Below, piece after piece: positions 55,834-62,359 of a DNA stretch of 64,000 nucleotides. How positions within the stretch are numbered: the first letter of the stretch is position 1; every line of letters begins with the position of its first letter. A model generated the notes under the pieces. That model saw nothing but the letters and a program-made list of their open reading frames with translations, made no database searches and was not told where the DNA came from. A program made the translations under genes and the position numbers. This stretch comes from a virus. Location: the IMG/VR virus record IMGVR_UViG_3300045988_047162; one strand, 5' to 3'.

Positions 55834-56121
55834 ATGGCTGATAATGCCGAAACTACTACTGCGTCTGCGTCTGGCGTTTTGGATTTGCGCCCGCCGAAGG
55901 AGAGTTTGAAGGCTGAACTGTATCGTTTGGGCTTGCGGTTCACGTTTGCTCAGGATGCTGGTGAGGTTTGGCAGGATGATTCGCGTGGCGTGCGTGCAAC
56001 GTTTGATGATACTGGCCAGAGTGTCTTGTTGGAGGATATTGTCACTCACGTTACCCGCACGCTCACCTTGGACGAGCTTAAGGGCGTGACGCGTATCGAC
56101 ACGATGACCGCCGCAGACTAA
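55834..56121 (+). CDS. Hypothetical protein (95 aa) downstream of the fibre gene
   Basis: GGAG RBS 7 nt before the ATG. Confidence 0.5.
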   Translation: MADNAETTTASASGVLDLRPPKESLKAELYRLGLRFTFAQDAGEVWQDDSRGVRATFDDTGQSVLLEDIVTHVTRTLTLDELKGVTRIDTMTAAD

Positions 56122-56142
56122 TCCAGCATTCCAGTTTTTTCA

Positions 56143-56174
56143 ACCCCTGCAATCCACGCGGATTGCGGGGGTTT
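56143..56174 (+). terminator. 13-bp hairpin terminator
   Basis: acccctgcaatcc-acgc-ggattgcgggggt followed by ttcgtattt. Confidence 0.6.
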
Positions 56175-56193
56175 CGTATTTAAGGAGACTATT

Positions 56194-56364
56194 TTGGCTC
56201 AGATTCCAGCCGACGCGAACGAGGTCATCGACCAGCTCTCGCAACAGATCGGCACTCTCAACAAGCAAATCGCAATCCTGACCAGTCAGCTCAACGCGGC
56301 CATGAAATTGATTCCCGCCGACGTGCTCGAAAGCGTGAAGGGGGATACGCATGCAGAGGATTAA
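56194..56364 (+). CDS. Small coiled-coil protein (56 aa, TTG start; below the ORF-track cut-off) ending in ...VKGDTHAED
   Basis: TAAGGAG RBS 6 nt upstream. Hand-translated. Overlaps the start of cassette 1. Confidence 0.45.
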   Translation: MAQIPADANEVIDQLSQQIGTLNKQIAILTSQLNAAMKLIPADVLESVKGDTHAED

Positions 56365-56818
56365 CTATTTCACCAATCCGAATTTCACCGGCCCATTCGC
56401 CGACGTAAACATTTCCGGTGAAGTGAAGGCATCATATAACGCCGACACCAAGCAGCTGAACATCTATGGCAACAATGGCGGTTATGGTTTCAATCTCACC
56501 GTGCCGAAAAACGCGGCACTCGTATTCGCCTGCTTCCTCTGGACGGAACACGACAAAAATCCGAAGCCGCTCACGGTGTACAGTCTCGAGTCAAGCGACA
56601 CCAAGCCTATCGCTTATGCCACCGTCTCCCAGAATGCGAACAATTTGCTCCTGCGATTCAACTCCACCGGCAGTGGCCGGATACGTGTCGAATTCTATCC
56701 GAACGGCAGTGCCGCGAATATCGCCAATCCGATTTTGGAATTGGCCGACACTTACGATAAAGCCGTGGGGGGGGGGCTTCCGGGCTTCTTCTCCGGCGAC
56801 ACGATGCCACGCGCATAG
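56351..56818 (+). CDS. Receptor-binding-like cassette 1 (jelly-roll/CBM-like, C-terminal ...LPGFFSGDTMPRA)
   Basis: N-terminus RINYFTNPNFTG (NxxxNPxF-type start) and the conserved C-terminal tail shared with the next two ORFs. Confidence 0.65.
   Translation: MQRINYFTNPNFTGPFADVNISGEVKASYNADTKQLNIYGNNGGYGFNLTVPKNAALVFACFLWTEHDKNPKPLTVYSLESSDTKPIAYATVSQNANNLLLRFNSTGSGRIRVEFYPNGSAANIANPILELADTYDKAVGGGLPGFFSGDTMPRA
56767..56776 (+). repeat. Homopolymeric G10 tract inside cassette 1 (codons V-G-G-G)
   Basis: Counted directly: gtGGGGGGGGGGctt. It is the longest homopolymer I found in the window. Confidence 0.95.
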
Positions 56819-56845
56819 GAGCGTCCGTCGGGCGGGTGATGTCCG

Positions 56846-57214
56846 ATGATAATCACGAACCTATGCCCGAGCCCAACCTCGACCATCACCTTGAGAGCCA
56901 ACAATTGGGTGCATCTCACGACCGTTCCGAGCGTGAGATATATGACATATTGGGTCAGTTTCGATATGAACGTCACAGGCGGCACTGTCTCGATTATCGG
57001 AACACAGGGCGAATTCAGCGCACGCCAACGTGTCAGCTACATGACGTACGTCGACAATTCCGGTCCGCTATCAGTGAATTATTCCGTCAAGTCAGGCAGT
57101 CCGACCGTCACCGTGACAAATATACTCCTCTGCACGTTGGCCGAGTATCAGGCGAACAAGACCCTGCTCGGCGGCATCGGATATTTCACCGGGGATACGA
57201 TGCCGCGCGCCTAA
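56846..57214 (+). CDS. Receptor-binding-like cassette 2 (C-terminal ...GIGYFTGDTMPRA)
   Basis: Paralogous architecture and identical GDTMPRA end. Confidence 0.6.
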   Translation: MIITNLCPSPTSTITLRANNWVHLTTVPSVRYMTYWVSFDMNVTGGTVSIIGTQGEFSARQRVSYMTYVDNSGPLSVNYSVKSGSPTVTVTNILLCTLAEYQANKTLLGGIGYFTGDTMPRA

Positions 57215-57233
57215 CCCCTTTGGGGGTGGTGGC

Positions 57234-57626
57234 ATGACTCCCATCGTTAATCACTGCGTCATGCCGAAAGACGGTGTGAGCGTCAAGACGACGAACACGA
57301 CACCATCGGACATCACCTTCACGGGGTTGACGGCGGGCGTGAAATACCATGTGAGCGTCGTCTGTTACATGCTGTCCACGAGTGGCGACAATCCGCGCTT
57401 GCGTCTCACCACCAATGGCAGCGATAGTGGGCTGGTCACTTCGAATGGTCGCGTGGATTACGTCTTCACCGCCGCCAGCACCACTCACGGCATTCTCGTC
57501 GGTCTGAACAATTGCACGGTCAATCTGAGCAAAGGCTTGTGCGTGCCTCAAGACCAGTGGCAGCAGCTCGTCTCGTTGGGATTGCCGGGCAATTATTTCG
57601 ATGGCGACACCATGCCAAAAGATTAA
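57234..57626 (+). CDS. Receptor-binding-like cassette 3 (C-terminal ...LPGNYFDGDTMPKD)
   Basis: GGGGGTGG RBS; paralogous architecture and C-terminal tail. Confidence 0.6.
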   Translation: MTPIVNHCVMPKDGVSVKTTNTTPSDITFTGLTAGVKYHVSVVCYMLSTSGDNPRLRLTTNGSDSGLVTSNGRVDYVFTAASTTHGILVGLNNCTVNLSKGLCVPQDQWQQLVSLGLPGNYFDGDTMPKD

Positions 57627-57647
57627 ACGATTTCAAGGAGATGTAAT

Positions 57648-58037
57648 GTGCTGCAGAATTTTCTAGCCGGTTTCGGGGGTGTGGGTGGCGCGTGCGCCCT
57701 CATCACGCTCGGATTGAAAGTCTGGCCGGGCGCGTTGGACGCGCTTGCAACCGGATTGTACGCGCACGTGCGGCCGGAACGCCTGCCCTATGACAGTCCG
57801 CTCTCGCAGCATTTCGCCAAGACCCGCCGCCTCGGCGAACGCACCGAGAAATTCGACGGACGTTTGGACGAGCTATGCCGGGACACGATCAAAAACACGA
57901 TCATCAGCCTGATCTACGGCGACAAGGACACCGACCACAGCGAGGCCGTCAGCTACGAGCTGTCGAAGCTTGAGAAATTGGACGCGCAATGCTGGATAAT
58001 CGCTGCCGCCGAAAAATACTTGGAGGACAGGCAATGA
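57648..58037 (+). CDS. Membrane protein, holin-like (129 aa, GTG start)
   Basis: AAGGAG RBS 8 nt upstream. N-terminal TM FLAGFGGVGGACALITLGL, charged C-terminus, located in the lysis cassette. Confidence 0.5.
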   Translation: MLQNFLAGFGGVGGACALITLGLKVWPGALDALATGLYAHVRPERLPYDSPLSQHFAKTRRLGERTEKFDGRLDELCRDTIKNTIISLIYGDKDTDHSEAVSYELSKLEKLDAQCWIIAAAEKYLEDRQ

Positions 58038-58327
58038 CGCATCTAGCCATCGCAGGCGGCGCATGCCTGCTGCTCCTCGCGCTCGTCCTCGTGTTCAATC
58101 ATGGCGCGCATCAGAAGTCAGGCTCTCCGGCTGGCGCTGTCACCACGGACAAGCTGGTGGCTGACGCGGTTACGTCCGGCAAATTGGTTGCGAACAGCGT
58201 GCAGGCGCGGCACATCACCGCTCTTGCGGTCACAGCCGACAAGCTCGCGGCCAACAGCGTGACGACCGCGAAACTGCGCGTCACGGAAGATATGACGGTC
58301 GCGCTGCTCAACGCGCACTTGCGTTGA
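58034..58327 (+). CDS. Membrane-anchored protein carrying a copy of the tail-fibre 11-residue repeat block (97 aa)
   Basis: TM LAIAGGACLLLLALVLVF, then AVTTDKLVADAVTSGKLVANSVQARHITALAVTADKLAANSVTTAKLRVTEDMTVALLNAH, homologous to fibre residues encoded at about 53650-53850. GGAGGA RBS and ATGA coupling. Confidence 0.6.
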   Translation: MTHLAIAGGACLLLLALVLVFNHGAHQKSGSPAGAVTTDKLVADAVTSGKLVANSVQARHITALAVTADKLAANSVTTAKLRVTEDMTVALLNAHLR

Positions 58328-58344
58328 TTTTCGCATCAGTTTTT

Positions 58345-58375
58345 AAAGCCATCCCACTTCGGGATGGCTTTTCTA
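58345..58375 (+). terminator. 11-bp hairpin with T-run
   Basis: aaagccatccc-acttc-gggatggcttt followed by tctatt. Confidence 0.6.
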
Positions 58376-58409
58376 TTGCCCCTTGACTTGGGGGCGGGAA
58401 GGAGAGGAT

Positions 58410-59648
58410 GTGGGCATCCTCAACAACAAAGGCAAGCCGAAGCACAAGCGTCTGCGTCGGCATATCGGCAAGCCGCTGACCGCGTTGGCTGCGGTGCTGT
58501 GCGTCGCCGTCGCGCCGGTCGCCAGCGCGAACATGAACATCATCGACGTTTCCGGCTGGCAGAGTGCAGACGTGACGCGCGTGGTGGACGCCGACGCGGC
58601 CATCGTTAAGATCACGGAGGGTGGCGGCTACGTGAACCCGTCTTGGCGCAGCCAGACCGATTGGGCACGTCAGACCGGCAAGGCTTGCGGCGGCTACCAT
58701 TACGCGGACGGCGGCAACGTCACCGCCGAGGTGAACCATTACCTGAATCAGTTCAACGGTTATGTGGGCCAGTGCGTGCTCGCGTTGGACTGGGAGTCCA
58801 ACGGCAACGCAGCTTGGGGCAACGGCGACTGGGTGCGCCAGTGGGTCAACCAGGTGTATTCGCGTACCAAGGTTTGGCCCATCGTGTACGTGCAGGACAG
58901 TGCCGTGTATCAGATTCCGTCCGACGTGCGCGCCCATTGCATGCTGTGGAAGGCTCAGTACGCTTCCATGAACGCGACCGGCTGGCAGTCCACTCCGTGG
59001 AATGCTGGTAGCAAGGGCGAGGGCATGGTGCAGTATGCGTCCACCGGCTATCTGAACGGTGTCGGCCCGTTGGATTTGAACCTGTTCTTCGGTGAGCGTG
59101 ACGCTTGGCAGAAGATCGCGAACGGCGATAGGGGTAAGACCCATGCCGAGGTGAGACATGATCCGGTCAGGCCGCAGGTCACTGCCACGCCGGACTACAA
59201 TGACATGGCCACGAAGGTCATTCGCGGCGTGTACGGCAACGGCAATGAGCGTCGTCAGGCTCTTGGCGGTGCCTATGACACGGTGATGGCGATAGTTAAC
59301 CAGCGTCTCGGCGGCTCTGGTGGCGCGTCCACTGCGGTGAACTGCGGTAGCCTGTGCGTGACCGTCAAGTCCGGTGACACGTTGAGTTCCATCGCAGCTA
59401 GCAATGGTGGTTCGTGGAACCAGTGGACGGGGTACCGTTCGGGTAATCCGAACGTCATCTACGCTGGCGAGACCGTCTGCCGTCGCACCGGCACGGGCAC
59501 GGTCGCCACCGGTGGACGGTACGTGGTTCGTTCCGGCGACACCCTCGGCGGCATTGCCGCATATTACAGGGTCAACATGTACAGCATCCACGGTTATCGT
59601 TCCGGCAATCCGGCGTTAATCTATCCGGGCGAAACCCTCTACTGGTGA
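58410..59648 (+). CDS. Endolysin: signal peptide + GH25 muramidase + two LysM domains
   Basis: GH25-like IIDVSGWQ...GGYHYA...LDWE. Two LysM repeats (VKSGDTLSSIA..., VRSGDTLGGIA...). N-terminal KRLRRHIGKPLTALAAVLCVAVAPVASA. GTG start after a GGAAGGAGAGG RBS. Confidence 0.85.
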   Translation: MGILNNKGKPKHKRLRRHIGKPLTALAAVLCVAVAPVASANMNIIDVSGWQSADVTRVVDADAAIVKITEGGGYVNPSWRSQTDWARQTGKACGGYHYADGGNVTAEVNHYLNQFNGYVGQCVLALDWESNGNAAWGNGDWVRQWVNQVYSRTKVWPIVYVQDSAVYQIPSDVRAHCMLWKAQYASMNATGWQSTPWNAGSKGEGMVQYASTGYLNGVGPLDLNLFFGERDAWQKIANGDRGKTHAEVRHDPVRPQVTATPDYNDMATKVIRGVYGNGNERRQALGGAYDTVMAIVNQRLGGSGGASTAVNCGSLCVTVKSGDTLSSIAASNGGSWNQWTGYRSGNPNVIYAGETVCRRTGTGTVATGGRYVVRSGDTLGGIAAYYRVNMYSIHGYRSGNPALIYPGETLYW

Positions 59649-59659
59649 TTGGAGTAACT

Positions 59660-59935
59660 ATGGTCGATGAAGTCAAGGAGACTCAGAATGACGGCGAAAA
59701 GCCGCAGGAAGAAACTGGCGAGGAAAACAACTACATCCTGCCGGACGAAGCGTACAAGGTGCTGAAGTGGTTGGCGCTTATCGCGTTGCCCGCTTTGGCC
59801 GTGTTCGTGCATGTGGTAGGCCCAGCATGGAACCTTCCATGCGTTGACCAGATCGTGACCACGTTGAACGCTCTGGCCGTGCTGGTTGGCGCTTTGATTG
59901 GCGTCAGCGAGTTGAAGGCCCGGTATTCCGAGTAG
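59660..59935 (+). CDS. Holin (Dp-1-holin-like)
   Basis: YKVLKWLALIALPALAVFVHVVGPAWNLPCVDQIVTTLNALAVLVGALIGVS matches the Phage_holin_Dp1 pattern; GGAG RBS. Confidence 0.65.
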   Translation: MVDEVKETQNDGEKPQEETGEENNYILPDEAYKVLKWLALIALPALAVFVHVVGPAWNLPCVDQIVTTLNALAVLVGALIGVSELKARYSE

Positions 59936-60014
59936 AAACCTTTCATTTCTCTAACATGATGTTGGAGAAGTGTAAGAATACTATGCCCAACTAGTACGTC
60001 CTGTGTACAAGTTT

Positions 60015-60055
60015 GCCCCTCTCTCAGCGATTACGCTGGGGGAGGGGCTTTTTGT
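60015..60055 (+). terminator. Strong intrinsic terminator T1 ending the late/lysis operon
   Basis: 15-bp stem gcccctctctcagcg-atta-cgctgggggaggggc followed by ttttt. Confidence 0.8.
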
Positions 60056-60079
60056 GTTTCGCACGGTAGAATCATCATC

Positions 60080-60241
60080 ATGACCAAGAAAGAGCATGAT
60101 GATTTTTGGACGAAGTGGAAGCGCGAGCTCACGAAGGATGTGAAGGCCGACAGGATACACGGCGGTGAGGCTGATTTCAGCCGAATGCATGGCGTGACAT
60201 TGGACACTCAAAAACTGTATGACATGCTACCGCGAGTCTGA
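60080..60241 (+). CDS. Small hypothetical protein (53 aa) bracketed by two near-identical terminators
   Basis: Hand translation MTKKEHDDFWTKWKRELTKDVKADRIHGGEADFSRMHGVTLDTQKLYDMLPRV*. Confidence 0.4.
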   Translation: MTKKEHDDFWTKWKRELTKDVKADRIHGGEADFSRMHGVTLDTQKLYDMLPRV

Positions 60242-60244
60242 ATT

Positions 60245-60285
60245 GCCCCTCTCTTAGCTTCCGTGCTGTGGGAGGGGCTTTTCTG
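60245..60285 (+). terminator. Intrinsic terminator T2, a paralogue of T1
   Basis: gcccctctcttagc-ttccgt-gctgtgggaggggc followed by ttttctgtgtttt. Confidence 0.7.
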
Positions 60286-60376
60286 TGTTTTAGGGCGTCC
60301 TATTCTGCAATCGTCTTACAGGTTTCCGCAGTATTGCAACGTTTCCAAGGCGTCCTATTCTGCATCGGGCTTGTTC

Positions 60377-60715
60377 CTAGTCAGCGGTTCGATTGGCTCT
60401 ATCTCCATCGCCGAAGTCTATTTGCTGGCCCATTTGGTCGTAATAGCGACACTGATACATGTTGCAATGCTTTTCCCTGATGCAATCCACCACAGATTGC
60501 ACAGCCGCATGTTTTTCAATGTCCAACTGCTGTTCGGTGATGGTTATTTTCTTCGGGAACTCGTCTTCTGGATGCCCGCCGTCGTAGCCAGCTCCGTTTA
60601 TCACCATTCTGGGCGCGTTGAGTACGTACCCATATCGTTCTACGAGTCTCAATGCTTCATCGAATCCTCGACCGTATCCTTCCTTATACGAAACTACATC
60701 AAGCTCATGCGGCAT
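60377..60715 (-). CDS. Hypothetical protein (112 aa) overlapping the 3' end of int and probably co-transcribed
   Basis: Its ATG lies 11 nt inside the int 3' end. G+C is lower than in the flanks. Confidence 0.5.
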   Translation of the reverse strand: MPHELDVVSYKEGYGRGFDEALRLVERYGYVLNAPRMVINGAGYDGGHPEDEFPKKITITEQQLDIEKHAAVQSVVDCIREKHCNMYQCRYYDQMGQQIDFGDGDRANRTAD

Positions 60716-62072
60716 TTACGACACCTTTCTGTTCGATCTGCTTCAAGTCTAATGCGGAGTTCATCGTTTCCATTGCGGCCAACCGTTCTTTCAACCCGGC
60801 ATGACGGTAGTGTTCGACCATCAGACGGCTGGAATGGCCCACGATTTCCTCGACCAGTCCGACATCCACGCCCATTGACATGAGGATGGTAACGACGGTA
60901 TGACGGGTTTCGTGACGGCTCCTATGCTCCGCATTGGGTACTCCCGCCGCTTCCAACAGTTTGCGGAACTGTTCGATATCCTCTTCCGGTTCGATAGGGG
61001 AGCCGTCATCATGACGGAACAGGAGTCCATGCGGGTTCGGTATTTCAGCGGTATCCACCAAGTATGCTTCGAGTGTCTGCGCCAATGCGGGAATGATTGG
61101 CACTTTCCTTCCACGCTTCGATTTCGGCGGGGTGAGACACCAGCGGCCTTGCAACTCGATCATGTCGAAGCCGTCTGGAATACGCCACCTCCATTGCGGA
61201 CATGCGGCACCACGCTTGTATCCGCACGGGTACACGCCTTTACGGTCTGGTTCGCCGCAACCGTGCTCCTTCTTCAACTCCTCCAGTTTCCAGTTGACGG
61301 TGTATTCGCCGTAGGGGATGCCGTTTGCCGTGGTGGTCAGTTCGAGGTCTTGGAGTGAAGCCCCCAAGATTTCGCCGGGGCGCATACCGGTGCATAGTCT
61401 GAACCATTCCCTCGCGCCGTTCCGTATGCCTAGTTCGTTGGCGGCTTGGAGGATGCGTTTGGCTTCATCGTCGGTGAATGCGGTACGCTCGTGGGCTTCG
61501 TTCTTGCGTTCGTCGGCAAGACTGATGTCCTTGTCCTTCGGAGTGGGAACGCCACCCATCGGATTCGTGGGAAGAATCCTATCCGCTACGGCGGCATTGC
61601 AAATCTGGTTCAACGTGGTGTGCGTCTGGCGGCGGAGGCTGAGACTGGCCTTCACGTGCATTTTCTTGCCGTCGATGGTCTTCGCGACGGTAAGGCCATT
61701 TACGATGCGGTCGCAGACTGCGGCGTTCAGGTTCGACATTTTCTGCGAATGGTATGGGCGTAGATGCTTGCGGACGATGGTTCGATAGTTGGCGAACGTC
61801 TTCGGGTCTGCATCCCTCTGCCGTCGTTCCAACCATTGTTCCGAATATGCGCCCAACGTGACTGACGTGTTGCTGGTGCTGCCGAATTTGGCTCGCTCTT
61901 GGAGCAGTTCGGTCAGACGCCGGTTCGCGTCGGCGTACTTCTTGCAGCTGTAGGTCTTCCCGTCGATCTTGAACTCGAAGCTGGGGTAAGCCTTGATTGT
62001 GCCATCGGCCAGCTTCTTTTTCCGTTCGACTTTGTATGGGTAGACGATGCCGTTTCTTGCTTTGCGTGCCAT
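60705..62072 (-). CDS. int: Tyrosine-type site-specific integrase
   Basis: C-terminal catalytic region RHETRHTVVTILMSMGVDVGLVEEIVGHSSRLMVEHYRH (R...HxxR...Y). N-terminal SAM-like/arm-binding domains. Adjacent to the tRNA fragment. Confidence 0.9.
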   Translation of the reverse strand: MARKARNGIVYPYKVERKKKLADGTIKAYPSFEFKIDGKTYSCKKYADANRRLTELLQERAKFGSTSNTSVTLGAYSEQWLERRQRDADPKTFANYRTIVRKHLRPYHSQKMSNLNAAVCDRIVNGLTVAKTIDGKKMHVKASLSLRRQTHTTLNQICNAAVADRILPTNPMGGVPTPKDKDISLADERKNEAHERTAFTDDEAKRILQAANELGIRNGAREWFRLCTGMRPGEILGASLQDLELTTTANGIPYGEYTVNWKLEELKKEHGCGEPDRKGVYPCGYKRGAACPQWRWRIPDGFDMIELQGRWCLTPPKSKRGRKVPIIPALAQTLEAYLVDTAEIPNPHGLLFRHDDGSPIEPEEDIEQFRKLLEAAGVPNAEHRSRHETRHTVVTILMSMGVDVGLVEEIVGHSSRLMVEHYRHAGLKERLAAMETMNSALDLKQIEQKGVVNAA

Positions 62073-62092
62073 GATTACCTCCTTGCTTCCAT

Positions 62093-62112
62093 ATTCTCAG
62101 ACATTCTCAGAC
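62093..62112. repeat. Perfect tandem direct repeat ATTCTCAGAC x2 (a third copy lies at 62350-62359)
   Basis: Read directly. Sits 21-40 bp upstream of the int start codon. Confidence 0.9.
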
Positions 62113-62159
62113 TTCCATTTGACCTTCACTTGCGGGTCAAGTGACCCTCAAGTGAGGTT

Positions 62160-62183
62160 AAACCGTTGGAATTAAGCCGTTTT
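62160..62183. promoter_or_regulatory. 24-bp motif, copy C (AAACCG-TTGGAATTAAGC-CGTTTT)
   Basis: Related to copies at 27293-27316 and 63054-63077. Lies between int and the att core. Confidence 0.5.
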
Positions 62184-62221
62184 GCCCAATCGTTCCAAGG
62201 GGTATTCTATCAAACTCTCTA

Positions 62222-62264
62222 ACTGTTAATCGGACGGTCACTGGTTCAAGCCCAGTCGCAGGAG
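62222..62264 (+). other. att core: 3' part of tRNA-Asn(GTT) from the anticodon loop to the discriminator; the 5' half is absent
   Basis: ctGTTaa-tcgga-cggtc-actgg-ttcaagc-ccagt-cgcagga-g. No complementary 5' acceptor or anticodon-stem strand lies upstream. Confidence 0.75.
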
Positions 62265-62271
62265 CTTAGGC

Positions 62272-62298
62272 GGAAACCCTTATGGGAGTAGGGTTTCC
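62272..62298 (+). terminator. 9-bp hairpin immediately after the tRNA fragment
   Basis: ggaaaccct-tatgggagt-agggtttcc. Confidence 0.5.
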
Positions 62299-62349
62299 AG
62301 CGGAAACGGGGAGAGCCGCCAAGGGAGCTGAGGGCGGTTATTCTCTCCA

Positions 62350-62359
62350 ATTCTCAGAC
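62350..62359. repeat. Third copy of ATTCTCAGAC, on the far side of the att core
   Basis: Exact 10-mer match to 62093-62112. Confidence 0.9.

Larger units (their letters stand above)
1..62264. mobile_element. Temperate siphovirus-type prophage (left end outside the window; right end at the tRNA-Asn 3' fragment beside the integrase)
   Basis: Contiguous phage modules: early/recombination, terminase, portal, capsid, tail, tape measure, fibre, lysis, tyrosine integrase. A partial tRNA acts as att core at 62222-62264. Confidence 0.85.

Noticed and set aside
56194-57626. Rin/Rci-type shufflon (DNA inversion) for the three receptor-binding-like cassettes
   Set aside because: All cassettes and all copies of the conserved 14-mer are in direct orientation. 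No inverted copy was found nearby, and the only recombinase in the window is the att-linked integrase.
60263-60883. 206-aa plus-strand ORF across the int 3' end
   Set aside because: It is antisense to the integrase C-terminus and to the 112-aa downstream gene. It starts right after terminator T2, and its product is hydrophobic/aromatic junk without motifs.
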